DNA of 64,000 nt from Clostridia bacterium (GCA_036654655.1 JAVVRP010000001.1:74426-138425); one strand, 5' to 3'; shown: positions 19,267 through 29,487, counted from the first letter of the stretch. Notes: generated from the letters alone by a model not told the origin. Numbers and translations: made by a program.

Positions 19267-20375
19267 CCGAGCGTGAATTAACCGTTTCGCAGGTGGCGGG
19301 CTATGTTAAAGGCATTTTTGAAGCGGAGGAAATGCTTCATTCAATTTTGGTGGTTGGAGAAATTGCTTCGCTTAGCATTGTTAGAGGCTTTGCCTACTTT
19401 AATTTAAAAGACGAGGAGTCCGCTTTATCTTGCGTATGTTTTTCTGTTCAAGATTGCCCAAATGTAAAAAATGGAGATAAAGTTGTTGTTAGGGGTACTT
19501 TTGAATTTTACACAAAGGGTGGAAAACTTAACTTTAATGTTTCACATATTCAAATATATGGTATTGGAGATTTATTTCAAAAATTTTTGCAACTAAAATC
19601 AAAATTAGAAGCAAAAAAATTATTTGATTTTTCTCACAAGATTCCAGTCCCGAGTGACTGCAAAAAAATTGGAGTTGTGTCAAGCAAAGATGGCGCGGTT
19701 ATTCAAGATATAATTAATGTTGCAACCAGAAGAAACCCAAGTGTAAACATTTTATTATCACCTTCAAAGGTTCAAGGAAATGGTGCCGAATTTGAAATTG
19801 TAAAAGCCCTTGAACTGCTTGAAAAAACAGATGTAGACGTAATCATTTTGGCACGTGGAGGGGGCAGTATTGAAGATTTACAAGCCTTTAACACAGAAGT
19901 TCTTGCTTATGCAATATTTAATTGTAGCAAACCAATAATAAGTGCCGTTGGTCATGAAACAGATTTTACAATTTCGGATTTTGTTTCAGATTTAAGAGCG
20001 CCCACACCAAGTGCTGCGGCAGAACTTGTAACCGCAAACAAACTTGCAAAGGTGGAACATTTTGAACAAATTTTTTTAAGGCTTGTGCAGATTAGTTCCA
20101 CAAAATTTTTAACAGCACAAACAAGAGTAGCAATGCTTTCTCAATTGGCTGTAAAAAATTTTGAACTTTGTACTGAACGAAATTTACAAAAAGTAAATCA
20201 AGTGTTAAATATTCTTGAAAAACTTGATCCAAGGAGTATATTAAAATTAGGATATGCAAGGATTGAAAAAAAAGGTAAATTAATTAAAAGTGTTACAGAG
20301 TTGTTGCTTAATGATGAGTTTTTGGCTACAATGTATGATGGAAGCGTTATTGCAACTGTAAAGGAGAAAAAATGA
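19263..20375 (+). CDS. xseA: Exodeoxyribonuclease VII large subunit
   Basis: N-terminal OB domain (VVGEIASLSIVRGFAYFNLKD) and catalytic region ARGGGSIEDLQAFN, VGHETDFT. Confidence 0.92.
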   Translation: MTERELTVSQVAGYVKGIFEAEEMLHSILVVGEIASLSIVRGFAYFNLKDEESALSCVCFSVQDCPNVKNGDKVVVRGTFEFYTKGGKLNFNVSHIQIYGIGDLFQKFLQLKSKLEAKKLFDFSHKIPVPSDCKKIGVVSSKDGAVIQDIINVATRRNPSVNILLSPSKVQGNGAEFEIVKALELLEKTDVDVIILARGGGSIEDLQAFNTEVLAYAIFNCSKPIISAVGHETDFTISDFVSDLRAPTPSAAAELVTANKLAKVEHFEQIFLRLVQISSTKFLTAQTRVAMLSQLAVKNFELCTERNLQKVNQVLNILEKLDPRSILKLGYARIEKKGKLIKSVTELLLNDEFLATMYDGSVIATVKEKK

Positions 20376-20578
20376 GTTACGAAGAAAACATGAAAGAGTT
20401 AGAAAAAATTGTTGCAAAACTTGAAAAAGGAAATGTTAGCATGGAAGAAGGCGTGCAACTTTTTGAAAAAGGTGCAGAACTTGCAAATGCTTGTAAAAAA
20501 CAAATTGAAACTGCAAAAGGAAAAGTTAAGGAATTAAAAATACAGATGGATAAAATTATTGAGGAGGACATTTTATAA
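20372..20578 (+). CDS. xseB: Exodeoxyribonuclease VII small subunit
   Basis: 68-aa helical hairpin protein with ELEKIVAKLEKGNVSMEE. Overlaps the xseA stop. Confidence 0.9.
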   Translation: MSYEENMKELEKIVAKLEKGNVSMEEGVQLFEKGAELANACKKQIETAKGKVKELKIQMDKIIEEDIL

Positions 20579-22284
20579 TGAGAATTTCACATTTGGCTGG
20601 CGAGAGGGTTAAAGACTCTCCTAGTTTGGCAACGTCTAAAAGCCATATTTTATTGCACCGCGCGGGATACATAAAACAGGTTAGCAATGGAATATATTCG
20701 CTTTTACCACCAGCACAAAGGGTTAGTTTGAAAATACAAAACATTATTAGAGAAGAAATGAACAAAATTGAAGGACAAGAAGTTTTAATGCCTGTTGTTA
20801 TGCCACGTGAACTTTGGGAAGAAAGTGGAAGATATTCTTTAATTGGCAATGAAATGGTTAGGTTTAAGGATCGAACAGGCCATGATATGCTTTTGGGCAT
20901 GACTCACGAGGAAGCGGCTGTTCATATGATTAAAAACACAATAAAAAGTTACAGTCAATTGCCACTTATGATTTATCAAATTCAAACAAAATTTAGAGAT
21001 GAAGCAAGAAGTAGAGCAGGGCTTATTAGGGTAAGAGAATTTACAATGAAAGATGCATATTCTTTCCACGCAACCCAACAAGACTTAGAAGTTTATTATC
21101 AGCGAATGCTTAAAGCGTACATTAATATTTACACACGTGTTGGCTTAAAAAATATTATCTCAGTTGCCTCTGATACAGGTATGATGGGAGGTAAAGTTGC
21201 TCATGAATTTATGTTTTTAAACGAAATTGGAGAAGATAGCATTGCCATTTGTAGCCATTGTGGGCAAATGAGCAATGTTGAAGTGGCTACTGGCTTGGTT
21301 GAAACAAAAACAAACATTCAAAAACCTTTAAAGCAAGTTTACACTGGCAAGGCAAAAACAATTGAAGAAATTTGCACAATGTTCAAAATTGACGCAAGCC
21401 AAACGTGCAAGGCAGTTTGCTATGCAATTAAGGGAGATGAAAGCAACATTGTTGTTGCGTTTATTCGTGGCGATTTGGAAGTTAATGAAGCAAAACTTAA
21501 ATGTGTGTTAGGAAAAGATATTGTTCAAACAAAATTGGGAGATAGTGGTCTTGTTGCTGGAAACATTGGCCCAATTAATCTTAAAGCAAATAATTTAACA
21601 GTTGTTTATGATGCAAGTTTAAAAGATGAAAAGTGTTTAATTGCAGGCGCAAACAAAGATGAATATCATATTATAAATTTAAGTTTTTCAAGGGATATGA
21701 ACGTTAAGTTTGTTGACTTTTCAAAGGCATATCATAATCAAACTTGTGCAAATTGCAGGTGTGGAAAGTTTTCTATTTCTCGTGGGGTAGAAATTGGAAA
21801 CATTTTTCAACTTGGAACAAAATACACAGCGTCAATGGGAATGACTGTTCATTCCGCAGAGGGAGAAGAAATTAACCCTATAATGGGTTGTTATGGAATT
21901 GGTGTTGGAAGAACTCTTGCATGTATTGCAGAAGAAAGTTGTGATAAAAAAGGTCTTTGTTGGCCTTTTAGTGTTGCCCCATGGCATGTTTATTTATGCC
22001 CACTTAAATATGAAAATAAAAACGTTAAAACAATAAGTGAAAAATTGTATGAAGATTTAGAGCAAGCGGGGATTGAAGTCCTTTATGACGATAGGGAAAT
22101 ATCTGCGGGCATAAAGTTTGCAGAAAGCGAACTGGTTGGAATTCCTTTAAGAGTGATTGTTAGCCCTAGGGGTTTGGAAAACAACATGGTTGAATTTTCT
22201 TATCGCAAAACTGGCGAAAAATTTGAAATTAATATAGACCAAATTGTTGAAAGAGTAAAGGCAGAAATTAAAAAGAACATGTAA
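20578..22284 (+). CDS. proS: Prolyl-tRNA synthetase (bacterial type with INS editing domain)
   Basis: 568-aa class II aaRS. Motifs RFKDR, FRDEARSRAGLIRVREFTMKDAYSF and GCYGIGVGR. The inserted editing domain lies at about aa 230-390. Confidence 0.93.
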   Translation: MRISHLAGERVKDSPSLATSKSHILLHRAGYIKQVSNGIYSLLPPAQRVSLKIQNIIREEMNKIEGQEVLMPVVMPRELWEESGRYSLIGNEMVRFKDRTGHDMLLGMTHEEAAVHMIKNTIKSYSQLPLMIYQIQTKFRDEARSRAGLIRVREFTMKDAYSFHATQQDLEVYYQRMLKAYINIYTRVGLKNIISVASDTGMMGGKVAHEFMFLNEIGEDSIAICSHCGQMSNVEVATGLVETKTNIQKPLKQVYTGKAKTIEEICTMFKIDASQTCKAVCYAIKGDESNIVVAFIRGDLEVNEAKLKCVLGKDIVQTKLGDSGLVAGNIGPINLKANNLTVVYDASLKDEKCLIAGANKDEYHIINLSFSRDMNVKFVDFSKAYHNQTCANCRCGKFSISRGVEIGNIFQLGTKYTASMGMTVHSAEGEEINPIMGCYGIGVGRTLACIAEESCDKKGLCWPFSVAPWHVYLCPLKYENKNVKTISEKLYEDLEQAGIEVLYDDREISAGIKFAESELVGIPLRVIVSPRGLENNMVEFSYRKTGEKFEINIDQIVERVKAEIKKNM

Positions 22285-22343
22285 CGTTATCAAAATTAAT
22301 TGATAAACAACATTTTATTACATTTCATTTAATATACTAAATC

Positions 22344-22934
22344 ATGATAGAAAATAAATTCAAAATTAATAAATCTAAAAATTTGTTAGAAACCAGAAAA
22401 GTAAAATGTCAAAAAAAAATTAATTTCCATTGGCCCATAAAAATTTTTGTTTTGACTGTTGCGTTGTCTTTGTTATTTTCTATTTCAAGTGAATTTATCA
22501 TGAGCAAAACAGGAATCTTTGTAACAGCGCTTATTATTGTTTTTCTTATTTCTGTTGCAACACTTGCAGATATGTTGGGCGTTGCGGTTACTGCATGTGA
22601 TTGTGAGATAATTAAAAATAACAAAAAGCGGGGAGTGCGTGAATCGTTGTTTTTGCTTAAAAATGCCGACAAAATTTCAAGCCTTTGCAATGATGTAATT
22701 GGGGATGTTTGCGGTATTTTAAGTGGAGCGGCAGGCGCTTCAATAATTGTAAGGATGTTGCCGGTGCAAGTTTCTTCAATGATGCAAATAGTGTTAATGT
22801 CGGTTGCAAGTTCATTTATTGCTGGCTTTACAATATTTGGCAAAGCACTAGGTAAAAAATATGCCATGGAAAAGTGTGAAAATATCGTTTTGTTTGCAGG
22901 AAAAATAATTTCTTATTTTTGTTTGCAAAAGTAA
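22344..22934 (+). CDS. Membrane protein resembling a stand-alone CNNM/DUF21 transmembrane domain
   Basis: Four predicted TM helices. The segment ADMLGVAVTACD...KRGVRESLFLLKNADKISSLCNDVIGDV loosely follows the DUF21 pattern. This is pattern recognition only. Confidence 0.35.
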   Translation: MIENKFKINKSKNLLETRKVKCQKKINFHWPIKIFVLTVALSLLFSISSEFIMSKTGIFVTALIIVFLISVATLADMLGVAVTACDCEIIKNNKKRGVRESLFLLKNADKISSLCNDVIGDVCGILSGAAGASIIVRMLPVQVSSMMQIVLMSVASSFIAGFTIFGKALGKKYAMEKCENIVLFAGKIISYFCLQK

Positions 22935-23034
22935 AATTAAAATTGCCTAACTTCCACATGTATAAACTTGAATAAATATAAAATGCGCATGCAAAGTGAT
23001 GCATGATTGTGAATTTTAATAAAAAACCGCAAGA

Positions 23035-23134
23035 ATAATTATGCAAAAATCACTTGCATAATTATAAATTTCATTGTATAATAATGCCGAGGGTGAAAAA
23101 TCTAACTGCATATATATAAATTTATATTTATGCA
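23035..23134 (+). promoter_or_regulatory. argR promoter with ARG-box-like palindromes
   Basis: TTGCAT (23054-23059), 17-nt spacer, TATAAT (23077-23082). A 12-bp-arm inverted repeat ataattatgcaa-N7-ttgcataattat (23035-23065) covers the -35. A 28-bp near-perfect palindrome tgcatatatataaa/tttatatttatgca (23107-23134) lies in the leader. Confidence 0.5.
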
Positions 23135-23189
23135 TAAACGGCTAAAACGCGTTAACAAAGCGTATTTGGTTAAAGATTAGGGAGTTAAA

Positions 23190-23645
23190 ATGGCACGTTC
23201 GTCAAGGCAATCAAAAATTCTTGAACTTATTTCAACCAAGGAAATTGAAACGCAAGAAGAACTTGTGTCGCAACTTAAAGCGGCAAATTTTGACATAACG
23301 CAGGCAACTATTTCAAGAGATATAAAAGAATTGGGGCTGATAAAAATTTTAAGTAACGATTCTGGAAAATACAAATATGCAATAGTTGAAAATGGTGAAC
23401 AGGCTGTTTCCAACAAGTTTATTTCAATTTTTAAGCAATCCATAATTTCAATAAAAACAGCACAAAATTTGTGTATTATAAAAACAGTGAGAGGAATGGG
23501 CTCTGCAATTTGCGGGCTTATTGATAAACTTAATGTAGAAGATGTTTTAGGTGCAGTTTCAGGAGATGATACAGTTATGGTTATTTTGCCAACAATTCAT
23601 ATGGCGGAAAATGCTTGTTACACCTTAACGGATCTTGTGAGGTGA
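23190..23645 (+). CDS. argR: Arginine repressor ArgR/AhrC
   Basis: N-terminal wHTH (RQSKILELISTKEIETQEELVSQLKAANFDITQATISRDIKELG) and C-terminal hexamerisation domain (GAVSGDDTVMVI). Lies upstream of recN, as in B. subtilis. Confidence 0.92.
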   Translation: MARSSRQSKILELISTKEIETQEELVSQLKAANFDITQATISRDIKELGLIKILSNDSGKYKYAIVENGEQAVSNKFISIFKQSIISIKTAQNLCIIKTVRGMGSAICGLIDKLNVEDVLGAVSGDDTVMVILPTIHMAENACYTLTDLVR

Positions 23646-23649
23646 ATAT

Positions 23650-25311
23650 ATGTTAACAAATGTGGACATTAAAAATTTTGCAATAATAAAAGATCTTCAT
23701 ATATTATTTCAAAAAGGCATTAATGTTTTGCTTGGAGAAACTGGTGCTGGAAAAACTATAATACTTTCTGCTCTTTCTTTTGTGTTTGGTGGAAAAGCAG
23801 ATAAAACATTTGTTAGAACTGGTGAAGATCTTATGAGTGTTGAAGCGGAATTCACAAACTGCCAGCCAGCAAAAGATGTTATCCAATCGTTAGGGCTAGA
23901 ATTTGAAAATGATTTAATATTTTCGCGTTCTTTATCCTTAGACGGAAAAAGTGTTTGCCGAATAAACGGGCGTCTTGTTACGGTGGCCATGCTTAAAACA
24001 GTATCTAATTGCTTAATTAATAGTTTTTGCCAAAATGAGAGTGTTGAAATTTTAAAACAAAAAAATCATCTTAAATTATTGGATGAGTATTGCCCTAACG
24101 CAGTAACCCCTTTTAAAGAGCAAATTTTAAATATATGTGATAGAATATCTGAAAATGAAAAACTAATGAAAGAAGTTGGTGGAGATTCACAATTACGTGA
24201 GCGAATGATAGAAATAAAAAAATTTCAAATTGCCGAAATAGAAAATGCCAAACTTTTTGAAAATGAGGACTCTCAAATTTTAAGCAAGTTGCAAATTATA
24301 TCCAATTCAGAAAAGTTAATAGAACAAATTTCCATAATCCAAAAAAATTTGCAAATAGAACAAATTAAAACTGCGCAACATGCTTTTGAAATTGCCTCAA
24401 CTTTGGATTGCTCATTAGCAAACGATTGCAAACGTTTTAAAACTGTAATTTACGAATTGGACGATATATTTGATGATTTAACTGCATATATAGATAATGT
24501 AGCATTTAATCAAGTAGAATTTGATAAACTTGATTTAAGATATGACTTAATAAAAACGTTAAAAAAAAAGTATGGCGGAACAATTTCTGAAATTTTGGAA
24601 TTTTTGGAAAAAACAAAAAAAGAATTGCAAATGCTTGAAACAAGTGAAGAAACACTAAATGAATTGCAACTAAAACAAACAAAACTTGAAAAAGAGGCAA
24701 CTGCTTTTTGCAAAAAACTTACAGAAGCAAGAAAAACAATTGCAAAAGAAGTTGAAGATAAAATAAAACAAGAACTCGAACCCTTAGGCATGAAAAATGC
24801 AAAGTTTCAAGTTAAATTTACAACAAATGATGGCAAAAACTATGCGTCTTATGATGAAGTTGAATTTATGTTTTCTGCAAACGCTGGCGAAGAAGTTAAA
24901 AGTTTGGCAAAAACAATTAGCGGTGGTGAAATGAGCCGTTTTATGTTGGCTGTTAAAAATGTTTTAGCAGAAAAAGATGGCGTGTCTTTGTTACTTTTTG
25001 ATGAGGTGGATTCAGGAATAAGTGGAGTTATTGGCGCAAAAGTTGCAGAAAAAATTGCAAAACTTTCAAAAACTTTTCAAATTATTTGTATAACACACTT
25101 GCCACAAGTTGCGTCTATGGCAGATTGTTATTTTTTTGTATCAAAAAGTTTTGATGGAGTTTCAACAAAAACGGTGATAAGTAAACTTAAAGGAAACAAC
25201 GCAATAAGCCAAATTGCAGGATTGTTTTCTGGTGAATTTAACAGCAGTTCTGCAATAACGCACGCTGGTGAATTAAAACATTGGTGTGATAATTTTAAAA
25301 ACACGTTGTAA
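23650..25311 (+). CDS. recN: DNA repair protein RecN
   Basis: Walker A GETGAGKT, long coiled coil, signature ISGGEMSR and Walker B LLLFDEVDSG. Confidence 0.95.
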   Translation: MLTNVDIKNFAIIKDLHILFQKGINVLLGETGAGKTIILSALSFVFGGKADKTFVRTGEDLMSVEAEFTNCQPAKDVIQSLGLEFENDLIFSRSLSLDGKSVCRINGRLVTVAMLKTVSNCLINSFCQNESVEILKQKNHLKLLDEYCPNAVTPFKEQILNICDRISENEKLMKEVGGDSQLRERMIEIKKFQIAEIENAKLFENEDSQILSKLQIISNSEKLIEQISIIQKNLQIEQIKTAQHAFEIASTLDCSLANDCKRFKTVIYELDDIFDDLTAYIDNVAFNQVEFDKLDLRYDLIKTLKKKYGGTISEILEFLEKTKKELQMLETSEETLNELQLKQTKLEKEATAFCKKLTEARKTIAKEVEDKIKQELEPLGMKNAKFQVKFTTNDGKNYASYDEVEFMFSANAGEEVKSLAKTISGGEMSRFMLAVKNVLAEKDGVSLLLFDEVDSGISGVIGAKVAEKIAKLSKTFQIICITHLPQVASMADCYFFVSKSFDGVSTKTVISKLKGNNAISQIAGLFSGEFNSSSAITHAGELKHWCDNFKNTL

Positions 25312-25346
25312 TTTTTAGAGTTTGCACAAGAAAATTTATTCTAGTT

Positions 25347-25375
25347 GAATATTTTTTTTTATTTTGTGCAAATTA
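25347..25375 (+). promoter_or_regulatory. Forespore (sigma-G/sigma-F type) promoter candidate for spoIVB
   Basis: GAATA (25347-25351), 17-nt spacer, CAAATTA (25369-25375). Compared with the B. subtilis consensus GHATR-N17/18-CATnnTA. Lies 18 nt upstream of ATG 25393. Confidence 0.4.
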
Positions 25376-25392
25376 TTTCAAAAGCGGTGGTT

Positions 25393-26613
25393 ATGTTTAA
25401 AAAGTTTGTAACAAAATTTATTGGATTTATTTTTGGTGTTGCACTTATAATGGTTGTTTGTGGCACTCAATTTCACAGTGTATTTTCTTTTCCTGAAAAC
25501 TCTCTTGTTTCTTTTTCTGATGTAGAGTTTTTAAATTCCGATAAAACTTTTGGACAATATATATCTGCAAAAATTGCCGAGGAATTCAAGGCGGGTAATT
25601 CTAATGAAAAAGAAACAAAATTAATTTTTAAGTTGTTTGGATTTTTGCCAATAAGGCAAATAAATGTTAAAGTTTCTGAGGATAAACTTGTTTACCTTGG
25701 TGGAGAACCTCTTGGGTTTGCAGTAAATACACAAGGTGTGATTATTGTTGGGGAAAATTCTGTATTAACAAATGTTGGACCAATTACAACTCAAAAAAGT
25801 GTTGAAATTTGTGTTGGAGATCTTCTTGTTGCAATTAATGATGAATCCGTTTTAAACGAAAACAGCGTAATTGAATTGGTCCAAAAACATGGCAAAAAAC
25901 CAATAAAGGCTACTTTTGTTCGCGGAAAAAATAAGTTTGATTGCAACATCACCCCTGCACTTGACGAAGATAGCCAGTTGTTAAAAATTGGGTTGTGGGT
26001 TAGGGGAACAGCATCTGGTGTTGGCACTCTCACTTTTATTGATAGCAAAACAAACAAGTATGGAGCGTTGGGGCATCCAATCACAGATTTTGAAACAGGC
26101 ATTTATGTCCCAGTTAGTGGTGGAAGCGTTTATAAATGTAATTTAGTTGGCATAAACAAAGGCAAAAAGGGCGAGCCAGGGGAACTTAGATGTTTATTTT
26201 TGCAAGGCAACAATCAAAAAGGAACGGTGGAAAAAAACACAAAGTTTGGTGTGTTTGGCGAAATTTCAAAAATTGATGGCATGGGGAATGGCAAAATGGC
26301 AAATGTTGCAAGTCGTATGACTGTTTCTCCTGGTCCTGCAAAAATTGTAAGCAGTGTTAGTGGAATTTGTGAGGAATATGACATTGAAATAATAAAGGCA
26401 AATTATCAGCCAGAATCAAATGACAAAAGCCTTGTTTTTAGAGTTAAAGATAAACGCCTTTTAGAATTAACGGGAGGGATTGTTCAAGGCATGAGTGGTA
26501 GCCCAATTTTACAAAATGGAAAACTTATTGGCGCTGTAACACATGTTTTTGTTTCTGATTGCACAAAAGGCTATGGAATTTATGCAGATTGGATGTTAGG
26601 CAGTGCAACTTAA
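25393..26613 (+). CDS. spoIVB: SpoIVB peptidase (S55)
   Basis: TM helix, PDZ domain, and S55 domain with HPITD and GIVQGMSGSPI. ATG 25393 is preferred over TTG 25345, which lies upstream of the candidate promoter. Confidence 0.9.
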   Translation: MFKKFVTKFIGFIFGVALIMVVCGTQFHSVFSFPENSLVSFSDVEFLNSDKTFGQYISAKIAEEFKAGNSNEKETKLIFKLFGFLPIRQINVKVSEDKLVYLGGEPLGFAVNTQGVIIVGENSVLTNVGPITTQKSVEICVGDLLVAINDESVLNENSVIELVQKHGKKPIKATFVRGKNKFDCNITPALDEDSQLLKIGLWVRGTASGVGTLTFIDSKTNKYGALGHPITDFETGIYVPVSGGSVYKCNLVGINKGKKGEPGELRCLFLQGNNQKGTVEKNTKFGVFGEISKIDGMGNGKMANVASRMTVSPGPAKIVSSVSGICEEYDIEIIKANYQPESNDKSLVFRVKDKRLLELTGGIVQGMSGSPILQNGKLIGAVTHVFVSDCTKGYGIYADWMLGSAT

Positions 26614-26616
26614 AAT

Positions 26617-27231
26617 TTACAAAACTATAATTACATTGCATTGAAAAATAAACAACAACAAACATTCAATCGCACAAATTATTGCAAGTGCTAGCATAAA
26701 TAAAGCAAAAGTTGTAAGTGTATTTGGCGGACAGCAAGTTCCAAATTTTCGTTTTTGATAAAACTTTTTTTTAAAAAAGCAAAAAGCAAAACACATTAGC
26801 ATAATCATGCAAAGTTGTAATGGCAAAATAATTAAAACACTTGTAACAATTCCTCCAAAACCAAGTTTCAAAAAAATTAGTACGCAGTTTAATCCTAATA
26901 AATATGCTCTAAAAGCAATTGTGGTAAGCCCAATAAAAGAAATATAAGGCACAAATGTTGTTCCAATAACAATTAAAACAATTACCCCGCAAGAAAGAAT
27001 TCTGTCAAAAAAATGAGCAAAAGTGTGAACGTCGCCATTAATAAATTTTAAAAGTTGATTGTTGTTGTAAATTAAAGAAATATCATCAATTCTTGTTGCC
27101 GTTAAAATTCCAGTGAGTAGCCCAAAAAAAACAATTGTGCAACAAATTAATAAACAAATTCTGTTTTGTTTTAAAAAATCTTTTATCCAAAAATGTGATT
27201 GTGCTTTTAAGCACGAAAATTGTCGTTTCAT
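26617..27231 (-). CDS. Polytopic membrane protein, possibly SpoIIM-like (DUF95)
   Basis: 204 aa with 5-6 TM helices. Size, topology and neighbourhood resemble spoIIM. No diagnostic motif was recognised. Confidence 0.3.
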   Translation of the reverse strand: MKRQFSCLKAQSHFWIKDFLKQNRICLLICCTIVFFGLLTGILTATRIDDISLIYNNNQLLKFINGDVHTFAHFFDRILSCGVIVLIVIGTTFVPYISFIGLTTIAFRAYLLGLNCVLIFLKLGFGGIVTSVLIILPLQLCMIMLMCFAFCFFKKKFYQKRKFGTCCPPNTLTTFALFMLALAIICAIECLLLFIFQCNVIIVL

Positions 27232-27322
27232 AAAATATTGTACGTTGAAATTTTAAAAATATTTACAAATTATAAAATATAATTAAAAAACATTTGTTGT
27301 TTGTTTTACAATAGGTTATAAT

Positions 27323-28105
27323 GTGGATATGCAAACATCAAAAGTAATAGCAGAATATCTTAAAAAGCAGTTTGGTGAAATTCCAAGCACTGCATTAATT
27401 TTAGGTTCAGGAATGATAGATTTAATTACAATCCAAAAAAAAGTAAATTACTTAGATCTTGGGATATCAGCAGGAAACATAAAAGGGCACAATGGTTTTT
27501 TTGCAGTTGGAAAATTTGGCGAAACACCTGTTTTTTGTGCAAGTAGAATTCATTTTTACGAAAGTGGAAACATGGATTTAGTCAGAATTCCTTTTGAAGT
27601 TATGCATAATTTAGGAATAAAAAATCTTATTCTTCAAACAACCGTTGGCGGGATTGACTTAATGCCGGGCGATGTTGCAATCATAACAGGTCACATAAAT
27701 TTTACTGGTCAAAATCCGTTAGTTGGCTTACAACCTATAAAGTTTATTGATATGGAAAACTTTTACAACAAAAGCATCATAGATAAACTTAAACTTGAAT
27801 GTGTTTTTCAAGAAGTTAATTTAAAAGAATCAACACACATGCAATTTTTGGGGCCAAATTATGAAACATCTAGTGAAATATACATGGCAAGGCTTTTTGG
27901 AGTTAAAACAATGAGTATGAGCATGGTGTATGATGCACTTTTGGCTTGCTATTTTGATTTTAAGGCAATTTGTTTTGCAGTTGTTGCTAACACAGCGGGT
28001 GACGGACAAAAACTCACTCATGACGTTGTTCTTGCAAATGTTAAAAATGGTGAATTTGCGCTTGTAAAAGCAATTACAATTGCAATAAAAATTTTAAATG
28101 AGTAA
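27323..28105 (+). CDS. punA: Purine nucleoside phosphorylase (PunA/trimeric PNP family)
   Basis: ALILGSGM, GHNGFFAVGKFGETPV and a RIHFYESG-type motif. Lies upstream of a dacF-like gene, as in B. subtilis. Start may be GTG 27323 or ATG 27329. Confidence 0.8.
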   Translation: MDMQTSKVIAEYLKKQFGEIPSTALILGSGMIDLITIQKKVNYLDLGISAGNIKGHNGFFAVGKFGETPVFCASRIHFYESGNMDLVRIPFEVMHNLGIKNLILQTTVGGIDLMPGDVAIITGHINFTGQNPLVGLQPIKFIDMENFYNKSIIDKLKLECVFQEVNLKESTHMQFLGPNYETSSEIYMARLFGVKTMSMSMVYDALLACYFDFKAICFAVVANTAGDGQKLTHDVVLANVKNGEFALVKAITIAIKILNE

Positions 28106-28130
28106 ATAAAATTTAATTAAATTTATAATC

Positions 28131-28160
28131 AAAACAACAATAATAAGTTGTTTTTTTTTG
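28131..28160 (+). terminator. Intrinsic terminator after punA
   Basis: aaaacaac-N9-gttgtttt followed by a T-run. Confidence 0.5.
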
Positions 28161-28230
28161 CATATTATTTTAATTATTGCAAAAAATACTAACAAGCAAA
28201 TGTTGTTTGTGTTAAATAAAGGGAGAAAAA

Positions 28231-29391
28231 ATGAAAAACAAATTTTTTTTAATTACAACATGTGGTGTGTTATGTTCAATAGCACTTACAATATGTTGTG
28301 CCCCAAAGCCAGTTTTTGCAATAAATGAGCCTCTTGTGAATGCAAAATCTGCTTTGCTTGTGGACTTTAATTCGGGCAAAATTTTATATGAAAAAAATGC
28401 TGACGAAAAACTTCCAGTTGCCAGCATGGTTAAACTTATGACAACACTTTTAACCTATGAGGAAATAGATGCAAAAAAATTAAATTTGGACACAAAAGTT
28501 ACAATAACAACCAATGCTTCAAATTTGGGAGGTTCACAAGCATTTTTGGACCCGTTTGTTGAATATTCTGTTGGTGAACTTTTGCACAGTGTAATTATTG
28601 CATCTGCAAATGATTCCAGCGTTGCGCTTGCAGAGCATATTTCTGGAAGCGAAGATGCTTTTGTTGTTGCAATGAATAAAAGAGCAAGCGAACTTGGAAT
28701 GAATGACACATGTTATTCAAACGCAACGGGGCTTCCTGAACCGGGACAATACAGCACCGCAAAAGATTGCGCAAAAATAATTAAAGAAGTGTCTAAACAT
28801 AAAGATTATTTTAACCATTCAACTGTTTGGATTGATGAGCTTGTTCATCCATCAGGGCGTAAAACAGAACTTGTTAACACAAATAAACTTGTTCGTTATT
28901 TTAAAGGCTGTGATAGCGGAAAAACAGGGTTTACGGATGAATCTGGCTATTGCTTAACAGCATGCGCAAAGCGAGATAACATGCACCTTACAGCAGTTGT
29001 AATAAATGCAAAAGACGCTCAAACAAGATTTAATGAAACTGGCAAATTATTTAATTTTGGATTTTCCAACTTTGTTGCAAAATCAGTTGTTGGAGAAAAA
29101 GAAATTGTTGCAAATTTACCTGTAATAAAAAGTAAAATTGCGGATGTTGATATTTGCACCCAAAGTTCATTTTCATCACTTGAAAAAAAGGGTGAAGCAT
29201 CAAAATTTGAAAAGCGCATAACACTTCCAGAAAAACTTAAAGCGCCACTTGCAGTTGGTGACAAGGTTGGGGAAATTATAATTACAGAAAACGGAAAAAT
29301 TGTTGCTACAATTAATTTAGTTGTAATGGAAAATATTGATAGATTAACCTATATTGGAGCAGTAAAAGAAATAATCTCTGAATTTGCATAA
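28231..29391 (+). CDS. dacF: D-alanyl-D-alanine carboxypeptidase (PBP5/S11 family, DacF-like)
   Basis: Signal peptide, SxxK (ASMVKLM), SxN (SANDS) and KTG (GKTGFT), plus the C-terminal PBP5 beta domain. Confidence 0.85.
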   Translation: MKNKFFLITTCGVLCSIALTICCAPKPVFAINEPLVNAKSALLVDFNSGKILYEKNADEKLPVASMVKLMTTLLTYEEIDAKKLNLDTKVTITTNASNLGGSQAFLDPFVEYSVGELLHSVIIASANDSSVALAEHISGSEDAFVVAMNKRASELGMNDTCYSNATGLPEPGQYSTAKDCAKIIKEVSKHKDYFNHSTVWIDELVHPSGRKTELVNTNKLVRYFKGCDSGKTGFTDESGYCLTACAKRDNMHLTAVVINAKDAQTRFNETGKLFNFGFSNFVAKSVVGEKEIVANLPVIKSKIADVDICTQSSFSSLEKKGEASKFEKRITLPEKLKAPLAVGDKVGEIIITENGKIVATINLVVMENIDRLTYIGAVKEIISEFA

Positions 29392-29415
29392 TTTAAATTA
29401 AAAAAATTAAAAATT

Positions 29416-29450
29416 TTAGGGTTAACGTTAAAAGTTAATCCTAATTTTTT
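29416..29450 (+). terminator. Intrinsic terminator after the dacF-like gene
   Basis: ttagggttaac-N7-gttaatcctaa (one G-U pair) followed by TTTTTT. Confidence 0.7.
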
Positions 29451-29487
29451 AACAGTTTGTAAATATTTGCTTGCTCAGTGATTTAAA

